Shown: piece by piece, positions 12,302 to 24,450 of the stretch | Position numbering within the stretch: position 1 is the first letter of the stretch | How the letters are laid out: every line of letters begins with the position of its first letter | From: Coniocarpon cinnabarinum | Lineage: Eukaryota | Assembly: GCA_051942205.1 (NCBI GenBank) | Contig: JAVECO010000067.1 | Location: 1 to 64,000 of the forward strand | Length of the DNA: 64,000 bases | Direction of reading: 5' to 3' | The notes under the pieces: model-generated | Seen by the model: the letters and a program-made list of their open reading frames with translations, nothing else | Database searches by the model: none | Told to the model about the DNA's origin: nothing | Translations under genes and position numbers: made by a program

Positions 12302-13016
12302 ATGAAACTCATTACTGGGCTTGTCCTCCTCGTCACGAGCCTCGCCTCGGCGGGCAACGTCTACGTCGACAACAGATGTCCCTACTCCATTTTCCTGGAG
12401 TCCCACGAAAATCAAAATGCAAATTGGTTCCGCACTGAGCTCTTTCCCGGTGCCCCACCACTGACGCCAGGCTACATTGAAATCGAGCGTATGCTAGGAA
12501 ACCCATTCCATTCATTACTCTACCCACCTATTGCCCACTCGTACCCATCTCTACCCGTCTCCCCCCTGCGCATCCACATCTACTCTCACCCAAACATGCA
12601 TGTCTGATTCCACCCATCCGTCCACGTCTCCATCCTCCCCTTCCATGAACCGACTAACCCCCTCAGGCGGCGCCAACGAGCAGCAACCAGGCAACAACAC
12701 CTTGACCATCTCCCGAACAGTAGACATGGCCAATCCCCTGATCTTCAGCTACAGCCTCAACGCGCCCGATAGGAGAGTCTACTACTCCTTCGTGAGCTCC
12801 CAATCCGACACCTTCGAGACGGATGGCTACGAAGTCTTGACAGATGGGGGTGGGACTGCCATACTATGCCCGCCGCGGGCGCTACCCAGTGTTTGTCCTG
12901 GTGCGCGGGACTCACTTGCACGGCCGAACTCGCCGGTGTCTTTTGAGCCGTGGAATCCCAGCACGTCGGCGCCGAATTTTACGGTGAGGTTGTGTGAGTA
13001 TAATGGGACGGCTTAA
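12302..13016 (+). CDS. Secreted BYS1-like (thaumatin-fold) protein; exons 12302-12488 and 12667-13016
   Basis: Signal peptide MKLITGLVLLVTSLASA, then V.NRCPYSIFL, FSYS...VYYSF and C-terminal FTVRLC, matching the BYS1/thaumatin-like pattern. The intron GTATGC..ACTAAC..CAG joins the two ORFs in frame. Confidence 0.7.
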
Positions 13017-13649
13017 TGGTAGCTTTGATGGGAGGCTATGAGGATGACGGCGTAGGACGGCTGGTGCGCGTGAGTGTGGTCGTGTCACGGGTAGGCTAAG
13101 CCCTCCACTGAGTTATCTGCTGGGGACGGTGTGCTTCTGTAGAGGTATGTGCGTAGTTGCGACTTTCAATGAGAACACGTGACGGCGGGATTCGCTGAAG
13201 CCCAGTGGTCTTGGCCAAAAGGCATATTTTTCAATCGAGATGAGAATGACTGAGCAGCTTGCGGCGAGCGTCTGAAGCCCTTCAAAGTCTATTGTGACGA
13301 AATATTTAGACCTGCCAATGCTTTGGACTTGGCCACAGTCCCTACCGCAATAAGGGGGAAACTGGGCCTGCACCTGTGTTTGAGTTTGCATGACCAGTAG
13401 CATTGAAGCAGCGCGTAGCTCTACATTGTGCGTGCATCAGAGATCCTCTGGTGGCGACCAAGCTGTGAAGCGCGTCCACGAGGCTCTGCATACATACAAA
13501 AGCCAGAGACTATTACGAGCTATGTATTACGCGTCTCCGTGTCAGCGCTTCGAGGTGATCCAGATTTGACTTGATGCTTATCCACGCTTCGAAAACTTCG
13601 AATCGCTGGCTGCGCTTTGAGGTTGAGGTTGAGGTTGGCATGAGCTCGT

Positions 13650-15240
13650 TCACGTCTGTGAGCCAACACCAGATCTTGCCGCGTCCTCATGCGGCAGCAA
13701 CTGCTCAACTGTTGCAAGAGCACCCTGCGGATCATCTTTGTTGAACAGAAAGTGCCCCTGAAGTGTCGCCGTGCTCACTTGATCCGCTAGCCCCAGCGCC
13801 GTCAATCGCGACACGTACTCTCTCTTCAGCTCCCCATCCGGGTCTTGCGAAGCGAAGAATCGATCCCACAAGTGCTCAGTCTGCCACTGAGTCGCTTCGC
13901 CCAATCGCACTGTCATGTCAACACGACCCGGACGAACCAGCGCAGCGTCTAGCCGCTCGACGTGGTTGGTCGTCAAGAATACAACGCGCTCTTCTGCGCT
14001 CGCAACGCCATCAAGCGCATTCAGCAAGCCTGAAAATGTGACATTCGCGCCGCGATATCCATCCTCGTCTGTTTGCGTCCGGCGATTGGAAAATGCAGCG
14101 TCGGCATCCTCCAGTACAACAAGCGAGCGGGGTGGGACTTGTGTTAATAAAAACATCAAGCGATCGTCGGTCATGCCTCGCTCACTCAGGTTCAACATGG
14201 CGATGTTGAAGTCTAGCTCACCAGCCAGAGCTTGGATGAAACTGCTCTTTCCGGTACCCGGAGGACCGTAGAGGAGGTAGCCCCGCCGGTAAGGAATCCC
14301 TCGATCGAGATACCACTCCCTCGCATCCAGAAAGCGTCGAACATCCTCCACGATGCGTTCTTTGACTCCTTCGGCAAGGACAACGGAACTGAGGGGGCGC
14401 TTTCGTCGAGGATGGCCGAGTGGCTCCCAGTGCGCGGTCTTCGGCGTGTATATCTCCGTCTTACCTTCGTTCGCCTGTTGTGCAAGTGCATGCGCTTCAA
14501 GGAAGAGGTTCTCGAAGATGTTGCGATGCGCATACAGCGTAGTGAGCTTGATCGCTTCGAAGGGTTTCCCTTGCGGATCAAGAGGTCCTTTTTCACGTTC
14601 GCGTTGAACGGCGATGAAAGCGTTGCGGTATCGGAGGATGTGACGACCCGGACCGGGGACCAAAGCAAAATTGGTGTACTGCGCGCCACTCGGCGCTTTG
14701 ACCGTTGAGGTCTGGATAGAGAGATGGTGCAAGCCTGGTGCGAAGCGCGCAAGCAGCCTATTCAATAGGGATGGACGAGGTCCATGCCCCATGGATGATG
14801 GAGACGCGCTTCCATGGGCCGTCTGTTGCTGTCTTTGGATGTGCGTCATCCATTGGAGGAACCATCTATAGGACTCATCGTGCCGTGTGATCTCGACGTC
14901 GACGAGCAGGCGTCGGCGGAGAAGCGCTGCGCCCAGTATGAGCCCCTTGCGAGCAGCAGTCAAGCCTGTGCCAAGCGCAGCAAGGCCAAAGCCCTGTCGA
15001 ATGTCATTAATGGTGTTAAATGGACGGCAAATGCAGGGCGCATACAGCTGTGAAGAAGGGGTTGGTGGTCAGCTGGGAGAGGAAAGACCCATCTCCGGCT
15101 GGAGCCTGGGATGCAAACTGTTGGCCTAGCTGCGCACGCGATTGCAGCTGCTGCGGAGCATGTCCATCCGACGGTGATGCCTGCGCGGAAGCTGGCGACT
15201 CCGCAGAGGACGGGATGGCGAGCGGTCCATCTCTGTCCAT
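13650..15240 (-). CDS. BCS1: Mitochondrial AAA chaperone BCS1; exons 15240-15046 and 14993-13650
   Basis: NPFFTA|GFGLAALG across the intron; RGIPYRRGYLLYGPPGTGKSS Walker A; LEDAD Walker B; VTFSGLLNALDG; RPGRVD. Confidence 0.97.
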
Positions 15241-15568
15241 ACAGTCAGGATCAAGGTCTTCCTCTTGAGTGTCATTCGGGGTTGGGTCAAGATATCTCGG
15301 TGATAAGGTGGATCTAAGCGCCTAGCGCGTACCAAACGGCGAGTCGGAGCAATTGTGTTTGGACAGGCATCCGTGCACCTTAACCTTTTTTTTCTTAGGA
15401 TGATGATGACTGGCTGCGTCGGCCGAGCAAAGCAATGTCAACACCTCTGAAGGCAGTGCTGCCTCTTTAACAGGGCTGCATACTCCGCAGGGCCGTCGTC
15501 ATCCGCATCCCGCGTTTGTCGCTTCTGGCCGCCGTTCGCTCCTTATTTATATTCGGTTGGTGCCCTTC

Positions 15569-17018
15569 ATGAGCCTTATTGCCCGAAGGGCTTTGTATAC
15601 TCCCAGGATCTTGACTGCTCATACTCGGACCTTGCATACTTCTGCCAGCATGTCTTCTGCATCTACTTCTCAAGCTCTCTACGCTTTGGTCAGCTCGACA
15701 TCGCAGACGCCAACCGAGCCTGCAGACAATGCGTCGAAACCACATCACAATAGCATTGGCAAGGGGTTTAACAATCCCTGGCAGTCGTGGACCGACCGGC
15801 ATCCTGCTGCACTGCTTTGGGGCATGGTACGTCGAGCATTGTCGAGTAATGGACAATTATTGATACTGACCTGCGCTTGTAGATCAAGTACGTTTAGCTC
15901 ACTGATCCATCCTCCGCTCCACATTCTCTAGGTTATCTAACAAACACCCGCCTTCTAGGCGTCGCTTCAATGGCAAATCAAACAGCCCAGACACCACTCC
16001 TCCCACCGTTCCAGTCCGTCAACCAGAGTTCTTGCCATCACGAGAAACAAGACAGCTCCGCGCGACATGGCTTGGTCACGCTTGCTATCTCGTCGAGTTC
16101 CCAAGCGGGCTGCGCGTCCTCTTCGACCCAGTATTTACACCTCGATGTTCTCCATTTAGCTGGCTGGGTCCGAAGCGATATACTCCACAGCCATGTGAGA
16201 TCGACGATATTCCCCTGGTCGATCTTGTTGTCATTTCACACAATCATTACGACCATCTATCACTCCCCACGATTCTCAAGATTCAACAAAAGCACCCAAA
16301 AGCACACTTCTTCGCGCCATTAGGCAACAAGAAGTGGTTCGAAGCCGCTGGTATCAAAGACATGACGGAAATGGACTGGTGGGACTCGCGCGACGTTTCT
16401 CTGTCATCCGAGCCCGACGGCAGCACCAACAAGATCGACATCTCCGACGCCGACTCGCAAAAAGGCTCATCAGACATCACCGCAAAAGTAAATTGCCTCC
16501 CTTGTCAACACATGACCGCACGAACGCCCTTCGACAGATGCGAGACGCTCTGGTCCTCCTGGAGCATCGAAAGTGGCGCCCGAAAAGTCTACTTTGCAGG
16601 TGATACAGGATACCGTTCCGTCCCCGAACACAGCGAAGGCGAAGACGACTACGGCGAGAAATACGAAGATCTGGCATGTTGTCCCGCGTTCAAGCAGATT
16701 GGCGATCTGCGCGGACCGTTTGATTTGGGTTTGATTCCCATCGGCGCGTACCAGCCACGCTGGATCATGTCGCCGATGCATGCTAATCCTTTTGACTCTG
16801 TTAACATCTTCAAGGATACTCGATGTAAGCGCGCACTGGGTATGCATTGGGGTACTTGGGTCTTGACAGAGGAAGATGTGCTGGAGCCGCCTGTATTGTT
16901 AAAGGAAGCGCTCAAGCAGAAGAACGAGCCTGAAGAGGGTAGATTCGACATCTGTGATATTGGCGAGAGTCGGGAGTTTGGTGATGAAGCGGCGGAAGTT
17001 ACGGCATTGAAGAGCTGA
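15569..17018 (+). CDS. NAPE-PLD / FMP30-like metallo-beta-lactamase-fold hydrolase; exons 15569-15826, 15883-15887, 15959-17018
   Basis: [33 protein letters not shown] and MHWGTW motifs; Arg/Ser-rich mitochondrial-type presequence. Confidence 0.93.
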
Positions 17019-17642
17019 ATGTCGTGAGCTGTTGTCTTTGCCGACTAGTAGAAGACATCAATGAGTGCCTGGGCGCGCCAGGCTTTTGCGGAGAGGGGAA
17101 GGTGAAAACCACGCAGAATTTGAGGGGCAAAATTTGCTGTGACGGAGCGACGCGTCCCGATCGCAGAAGCGGCGAGCAAGTTGACACCTCCCAGGTGTTT
17201 CTCACAAGGCGGACGAGAGGACCTCCACGAAAACCGAGATTGTTTCGACGGGAGCAAAAAGCTCCGGGAGGGCTTGCATGCAGTTGAGCCGATGGAGGGT
17301 CCATCCAGGCATGACGGGTCACGTGTACTATACCATTTGCGGAGCGAAAGATGTCGATATATTCCAGTGGCTCAGGTGATGTAGAGACACCGTCTGACAG
17401 CAGTTTCGAGGAACACTTGTGTCGTGATATCCCAGCGACCAGTTTGTGCGCTTTAGAACAGACATCATAGAGAGAAAACATCTCCGCTTTAGCTCAGCAT
17501 TAAGCACAGAGTAATCATCATAATCCAATCAATCCCAAACCTTCAAAGCGGCAAATTCAAGACATGGCCACGTTAGTCTCAACACATGATTACTCACACG
17601 ACACCCTGAGCACAGCATCGTACACTCATTCGAGCGTCTCCG

Positions 17643-19934
17643 TCAATCAACGCACAAATCCTCCACGAGCACCAGTCCCGTCCCTACAGCCGCAGCCGCC
17701 CACCCCGCCGCTCTCAAATTCGGGTTCCACGCCGCGTGGTACACCGCACTCTCCCGCTCATACAGCGTCGTCAGCGTCCCTCTGTCGTCTTTGAGACCTG
17801 AGTTCACGTTTCGCTTTTTGATGAGGCCGCCTGTTTCTTTGAAATTTTGGAGGCGGTAGCCTGATGTTAGTCTTGTCAGGCCGGTGGGGAAGTCCAGACG
17901 TGTTTTGGAGGGGTTTGAAGGGTCGCTGGTTTGTGGAGGATCGTCGTTCTGATGTGAGGTGGGAGCGGCGGGAGTCGCTTGAGGGGAGGCAACGCCGTTC
18001 TGTTGTTGTGGTGGGATAGTAGTGGAGGTGTCAATGACTTGTCGAGGACGGCGCCATTCATGCTTGAACCACACTTGCTGATACAACTGATCATCCCGCC
18101 CGCCATATAGCGAACGCATCGCATTTGTCACAGTGACAGTCCCATCAGCGCATCCAACGAGGATACAAGTGTGTGCCGGACTCAGAGCAAGACACGTAAT
18201 CGAAGCGCCAGCGCGCAGAACGCGTGAGAAATGCTCCACGTAGCGGACATGCGCCGCTTTGACGGAGGTCATATCATCACAAGTCAAAAAGCTCAGACAG
18301 TGGTCCATCCAGCCGAGCCCAATAAGCGGATTGCGAGTACGCTGCGCGCTTGCCGCGTTTGAAACGGGATCGCGCATGTCTGTGACGCGGGTGTAGCCGT
18401 CCATGGAGGTTGAGATCAGGAAATGGGGATACGAAGGGTAGGATGTTGCGAGTTCTGTGATGTATGTATGGTGGCACTGATGGTAGAATTCTGGTACTGG
18501 GTTGGACGGCGGCGAAGGCATAGAGAAGTGGCTTTCAAGATCCCAGATGGCAATGTAACCGTTTGCGCAGCCCGCGGCGATGAGAGTCGCGGAGACCCAG
18601 GCGACGCAGGTGCAAATGGTGTTTGGAGGTTTGGTGACGAAAGCGCAGTCAGTCAGCTTGAGTTCCTCGCACTCTTCCGAAGCGGAGGACGGCAAAGTGA
18701 TGTTGAGGACGCGAACCTTGCCGTCCCCAGTGACCAAAGCGAGGAAGCCGATGTGATTGCGATTGGGTATTGATTGTTTCACAGCATCGTTCTGAGGGAC
18801 CGGACACCATTTGGCTTGCTTGATGCGACCCCATTCGCTACACAGCGTGAGCGCTTTCCGAGGGGTATGATTTGTGTCAATGGTTGTAGCGTGCCCAGGG
18901 TCAGCCATTTCGACGCCAACAAATCGGTAAAGTTGAAGACAAGATAGAGTTGCTGGTGAGGGAGCAAATGCAGAGCTCTTACTCCATCGCTCGAAGCCCC
19001 TCGGAGCAGGGCAGACCAGTAGATACTGCTCCAATCCGGTGCAATTAGGAGCCCAGGCAAGATATTGGACAGTTGTGCCAAAGTTCATGAGCCAGCCACG
19101 GCGCGGCAATGGCCGTCCGTTAATGCCAGCTAACGGCATCTGTTGAAATAACGTTTCCGTGTCCATGGTCTCGTCCTGAGCCATTGATAGGAGACGCAGC
19201 GTAGAAGGTTGTCCGCTCACTAAGTCTTGGGTCTTGTCTTCAGCAAGCATCTCCTGCAAGGCTTGAGCAGAGATGCTCTCGCATTTCTGCAAATGCTGGA
19301 GCCACGCCTGTCCCAGACCTTCCGTGAACCACCTCCAAGCTTCCCCTGCGTCTTGGGCGCGCGAGGCATCCGACTGGAAAAGTGTCAGTCCCATGCCGGC
19401 TGATTTGTCGCTTGCAAAACGTCGAAAAGGGAGAGCCAAAGCCGGGAGAGAAGCGGTCCTCATCTGTAGAAATAGTTGATTGATTACTGGATCATTTGCT
19501 GTTAGCCAAGCAAACGTGTTGATTTGTTCCTTGTTGTGCGCCCGCTTGAAATAAACCCCTTGACTATGTTTATTAGGTATGTCAGGATCAGCAAAAGGCC
19601 GGCGTTTAGGCTGCCTGATGAATTGTTGCATCGCAGTCACAGGACGGGCAGGGCCAGCTTCGTCAGGAACAACATCAGAAATTTCACTATCGTGTTGGCC
19701 ACTCGCGCTGGACGCAGCGTCCTCGTCGACTCCAGCCTGCGCATCAGACGATGACTCATCAGCTTCATTCTCGTCGGCCGCTGTGGCATTGAATTCTTCT
19801 GAGGAGTCCTCTTCACGGTCGAACGGAGGCGGCTCCGGAGAGCCAAACACTTCCTCATCTTGCAGCATTTGCCCTGCCTTCTCAGAGACTCTGCGAACTC
19901 TGCCTGACTTGCGTGACCTGCCACCGGAGTCCAT
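17643..19934 (-). CDS. TFC6: TFIIIC WD40 subunit (Tfc6/Sfc6-like)
   Basis: 763-aa ORF with an acidic N-terminus, LAWAPN..QYL, WGRIKQAKWCP, AAGCANGYIAIWD and C-terminal WNPN...GWAAAAVGTGLVLVEDL, typical of fungal Tfc6/Sfc6. Confidence 0.85.
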   Translation of the reverse strand: MDSGGRSRKSGRVRRVSEKAGQMLQDEEVFGSPEPPPFDREEDSSEEFNATAADENEADESSSDAQAGVDEDAASSASGQHDSEISDVVPDEAGPARPVTAMQQFIRQPKRRPFADPDIPNKHSQGVYFKRAHNKEQINTFAWLTANDPVINQLFLQMRTASLPALALPFRRFASDKSAGMGLTLFQSDASRAQDAGEAWRWFTEGLGQAWLQHLQKCESISAQALQEMLAEDKTQDLVSGQPSTLRLLSMAQDETMDTETLFQQMPLAGINGRPLPRRGWLMNFGTTVQYLAWAPNCTGLEQYLLVCPAPRGFERWSKSSAFAPSPATLSCLQLYRFVGVEMADPGHATTIDTNHTPRKALTLCSEWGRIKQAKWCPVPQNDAVKQSIPNRNHIGFLALVTGDGKVRVLNITLPSSASEECEELKLTDCAFVTKPPNTICTCVAWVSATLIAAGCANGYIAIWDLESHFSMPSPPSNPVPEFYHQCHHTYITELATSYPSYPHFLISTSMDGYTRVTDMRDPVSNAASAQRTRNPLIGLGWMDHCLSFLTCDDMTSVKAAHVRYVEHFSRVLRAGASITCLALSPAHTCILVGCADGTVTVTNAMRSLYGGRDDQLYQQVWFKHEWRRPRQVIDTSTTIPPQQQNGVASPQATPAAPTSHQNDDPPQTSDPSNPSKTRLDFPTGLTRLTSGYRLQNFKETGGLIKKRNVNSGLKDDRGTLTTLYERESAVYHAAWNPNLRAAGWAAAAVGTGLVLVEDLCVD

Positions 19935-20323
19935 CGTGAATGCGGTAAGTCTTCAGCCGGGTTAGTCGAGGCCTGAATGTTCAATAGTAAGATGAGCCGA
20001 TATCACGGTGGTCTTCGAAGTTTAATCCAAGCTTGTATTCTTTCGAGTGGCATAGTAATTAAGACAAATCAGCGTGCTAGATGTTTTTAATGGCGGCTAT
20101 GATATTAGACTTTAAGAAAAAAACTTTTTGTTTCAAGCAAGTCAAGAAATGATTTAGTGGAGGTGCAGAGGCTGGGGCTCGATATCTGTTGCCTGAAAAC
20201 TTAGGCATCCATTTCTTCGCTTATGGAGTAAGCATAAGTTAGATATCCCAGAATCTCACATGCTAAATCACGAGCTTATCGCACGTTTGCAGGTTCATCT
20301 CGGGTTCTGCGTCTCCCTTCATG

Positions 20324-21374
20324 CTATAAGTCGGTAATGCTGGTCCCGAATGATGTCCGACAATGACGACTTCGGCCTTCCTCCCCCAGTCGTAACCTTA
20401 AGCTCTCCAGTACCTCCTTCTCAAAGTCGCTCACCTCAAACTCGTGCGGCATTTTGACAGCGTTCCGACTGATACAGATTGCTCCATTTGATGTGTGACT
20501 GCCCTCAGTGTGATGCTCGCCTGATGTTCGCTTCTCCTGCGCACTGTTCTCAATAGAAACCTGGCTGCTTGGTGACTCTTGCGATGAGCTCGCGCTCGAA
20601 ACTTTGTTCTCACTGTCTTCCAGATGCGCTGCAGAGCCTCTCAGTTTTCGTCGAGCTTCGTGCGGATCCACGGGGGTCATCCAGAAGAGGGGAAATTGCC
20701 TTTGGATGTTGTTGATTGCCAACGCGTTTCCCAGCATCAAGGCCGCGCCAATCATAACAAGCGGAACGAGATTCCAGCCCAGATTGCTAATTTGCGGTGA
20801 AGTCGCAGCAAGTAGAGCCATGGCACCCGCAGGCGGGTGTACGGTCTTCGTGATGCTCATCACGACAGAACACGTCGCTACTATTATGGCACCTGCTAGC
20901 CACCGCAAGTCCTCGAAGCGGTCATGAGGTAGGAGGGCGAAGAGCTTTGTGATGCCCACCGCTATGACAGAGCAGAAGGCGTGGGAAAAGATCAAGTTTC
21001 GAGGCTGTGCGAGCGGTGATGCAACAGTATTGTACTCTAGAATGGCAGCGGCGCCCTGTTACTTGTCAGTCTTTGATCATGCGGCTCACAAAACAGGGAT
21101 AACGAACAAAGGATCCAATGATGATCGGAGGATGTAGACTCTGAAGCGGTGCACTCGCGCGATATACGCCTTCGATGAGCGCGATGCCACAGAATGTGCC
21201 AATAAAGGTCCAAAACCATACGAGCGGCTCACAGACATGATGTTGAGGGCCGACGCGGTAGCCGAGGAAATGCGCGATCGGATATCGTAGACGCGAAAGA
21301 GGTGACGCTGGAATAACTGGTACTAAGTAACGATCGATGTCGAAGCCACAGATCCATGCTGGCAGGTGGCCCAT
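20324..21374 (-). CDS. HPP-family membrane protein; exons 21374-21108 and 21055-20324
   Basis: Spliced IIGSF|GAAAILEY...SPLAQPRN, and TVHPPAGAMAL. Confidence 0.92.
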
Positions 21375-22827
21375 GTCAAAGTCTTTGGTGAATGAGCACA
21401 ACCAGCGACTCGACCGAGAGCTATTGAGACGGAGATGCGCAACCACTTTATGAAGTATAGGGGACGTAATCCAGGCATAGAATGTCAGTCGCTGACCGCG
21501 CAACCGCGCATCTCCGACGTGAGCATGGCGTAACAGCTCAGCAATGCGGAAATCCACATGATGTCCAACACTGTATCTAGTTCAGGGATAGGCTCGCGTG
21601 GCTCGCGTGGCTCGTTCATGTGTATGTAGGCGTGAGCCGCCTTGCCGGGACGAGCGGCCGATTGACTTTGAGATGCAATACTTCTCACGTAATGGATTCT
21701 CGTAGCGCTTTTGGAGTCGTGGATGGGCCGAGGAACCACATTTTGTACGCACATCGAGCCAGATGAGTGAGACATCTCACTGCGAGTGAGACTGGACTTA
21801 GGAAAATTCGAGGTCTTCTATCCCACATAGCACAAGCCGAATGCAGGGCCCATCAAGGATCATACCTGTCATCAGCTGTTCGTCATCACTAAGGTTTTGC
21901 TTTAGACCGAAGCCGTCGCGGACAGAGGCGCGCTAAACCCGGCTTGGCCTGGGCTATTTGAGTTTCGGTGCGGGCCACACGGCCCACAACGAGAACGCTG
22001 GACGGGCATCGAGCAGGTGCTTGGGGCTCTTTGAGGGTTGCATGGCTGCAGTGACGCCGCTATGGATGGCAAGCCAAGTAGAACAAAGTTTGAGAAAGAA
22101 AGAAAGAAAGGTGCAGTTGATGCTTAAATATTCAAGAAACCCGGGTCCTCTCAGCCAAGCTTGATAAGGAGCACTGATAAGCCAACTCGAGCTTCATTGG
22201 CTGTTTCTTTTCAAGCATCTGGACGTTTCCGCTTTGCGCAACAAGGTCAAAGTGAAGAGAACCTCGAAAGAGCAGCCGGAATGTATTTTGTCAATCCAAG
22301 ATCTCTGGCACTGGTACCAAAGGCAAGGAAGCCAATCGCCATTCTAGAGGACGCATTAAAGGGCATGATGTATGCACGTCTTGAGTTGAAGCGCATGCGC
22401 TGAGCATGACAACTGAAGTAGGAGTCGTTCATCCTAATAGCTTCAAGGTTAATACCTACCTTGTTGATGCCCCTGAAGCTAATATTGACCACGCCACGTG
22501 ACGCTCGAGTTCTGGCCAGATTGGTAGATACACAGACTCCACATTGGGCAAATCACCATTCGAAGACCATTAAGCAGCAACCTTAGTCTTTCTACAGCTC
22601 AGTCACATCCAAGATACAACGCTAAAGAGCCCAAAACCAGAGCGAACGGGTTGTGAAACCATTGTGTCGCACTCTAAACGTGGGCATCGGCCTCCTTCAA
22701 GATCATCTCCATCACTGCATCCGGATCGCCGTGTGAAAATTGATGGTGTTTGAAGATCATCGGTTTTACTGTGACGGAACATCAGTTTTGATTTTCCGAT
22801 CGCCCAAGGGGTGTAGGTTCTCTAGGC

Positions 22828-24363
22828 ATGGAATCAGAAGCATTGAACGTCCAATCCGATCTCCCACAAGACGTCAACGGACTCCCTCCAGAACTTGCGA
22901 ATCTTGCATCAACAATTGATCTCGCCGCGCAAGAGATCTTGCTCGCCTCGTCACGCCACGATGTAGCAACACTACGTGCGCTACTCCGGGAATACACGTC
23001 CGGTACGAGCTCTGCAGCAGCCAATGTCACAGACGGCGAGACGGGGTATACACCTCTTCACGCTGCCATCAGCGGTATGGCAGACACTGATTTGGAGCGC
23101 GATCACGCTGTGAATGGCGAAGCCAATGATCCAGCTAATCGGCTCGGCAATGGTGTGGATGCGAGGGTCGCGTTAGCTCCTCAAGAAACCCACGGAGGAG
23201 ATGACGATGAATTGTCACGTGCTGAGAAGACTGTGAAGTTACTACTGCAGAATGGCGCGGTTTGGAATACACTCGACGTGCAGGACGAGACGCCTGGATG
23301 TTTGGCGTGGCGGATGGGTCAGAATCAGTTGTATGAATTGCTAGTTGATGCCGGTGTGAGGGCAGAGATCCTCTTCCAGCGACTTGACGGTTACGAGGAG
23401 ATTGTTGAGGTCGATGAAGATGACGACGACGGCGATGCCGATGCTCAGGGGACCGAGATGCCTGTTGAAGGGGGACGTGGAGCTCAAAATGCTTCTGCAG
23501 AGACAGAGCAAGCAAATCGTGCTGCAGACGTGGAAGCTCAGGATGAAGACATCCCAGCAAATGCAGGAAATGGAAATGGAAATCGGTCACATGTGCAGGG
23601 ACAAGATCATGACCGAGACGCTGCTACAAATAGAACCACTGACATCGCAGAGGGAGATGCCACGGGTGACAATAGCCACTTTCTCTCACGCAAATTGACG
23701 TTCTCATCCGCACGCCTGTTGGATGACCAGTCCAACGCTGTAATGATGGAATGGGAGCGCACAATCATGTCTCGAACTGTCGATCAGCTATTTGCTGATG
23801 CAACGCCACGGAACGACGAGTCTTTCACTGTTCTGAACATCGGCCATGGAATGGGCATTTTCGACAGTCTAATACAAACGCATCCAAAGCGCCCGAAAAG
23901 CCTGCATCATCATATCATAGAAGCGCATCCGGACGTGATCGCCAAGACGCGAGCTCCGGGTGGTTTTCTCGCAAGTCATCCGGAAGCGACGTTGCACGAA
24001 GGACGATGGCAGGACGTTGTTCCAAAATTTCCAGAAAAGGGACTGGAGTTTGACGTGATATATTTCGATACGTACGCAGAGCCATACTCGTCCTTTCGGA
24101 ACTTCTTCGAAGAGCTTGTAATTGGGATGCTGAAAGAAGGCGGACGATGGAGCTTCTTTCACGGACTGGGTGCGGACAGGCGCGTGTGCTACGATGTCTA
24201 CACCAAAGTCGTAGAGATGGACTTGTTTGAGGCTGGATTCGATGTGGCGTGGGAAAAGGTGCCAGTGGATGAACGCTTGCTGAAGGAGGCAGGCGTGGGA
24301 GTGAGCAGAAAGTACTGGGACTTGGAAGAGTATCGTCTACCTGTCGTGACATTCCTGGGATGA
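22828..24363 (+). CDS. RMT2: Protein arginine N-methyltransferase 2
   Basis: N-terminal ankyrin-like TPLHAAI and LLQNGAVWN..D...ETPGC; VMMEWE; VLNIGHGMGI; IIEAHPDV; IYFDTYAE. Confidence 0.95.
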   Translation: MESEALNVQSDLPQDVNGLPPELANLASTIDLAAQEILLASSRHDVATLRALLREYTSGTSSAAANVTDGETGYTPLHAAISGMADTDLERDHAVNGEANDPANRLGNGVDARVALAPQETHGGDDDELSRAEKTVKLLLQNGAVWNTLDVQDETPGCLAWRMGQNQLYELLVDAGVRAEILFQRLDGYEEIVEVDEDDDDGDADAQGTEMPVEGGRGAQNASAETEQANRAADVEAQDEDIPANAGNGNGNRSHVQGQDHDRDAATNRTTDIAEGDATGDNSHFLSRKLTFSSARLLDDQSNAVMMEWERTIMSRTVDQLFADATPRNDESFTVLNIGHGMGIFDSLIQTHPKRPKSLHHHIIEAHPDVIAKTRAPGGFLASHPEATLHEGRWQDVVPKFPEKGLEFDVIYFDTYAEPYSSFRNFFEELVIGMLKEGGRWSFFHGLGADRRVCYDVYTKVVEMDLFEAGFDVAWEKVPVDERLLKEAGVGVSRKYWDLEEYRLPVVTFLG

Positions 24364-24450
24364 GTAGCATTGGTTATGAATACAAACGCGAAACAAAGCC
24401 GTTCATACATGGGTATCAAGCTGTCAGCGACTGTGCCTCCTGTTCATCAA

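Noticed and set aside
21890..22110. GC-rich short inverted repeats and (GAAA)n upstream of the HPP gene, considered as an ncRNA
   Set aside because: No conserved RNase P/MRP, SRP, snRNA or telomerase boxes were recognised.
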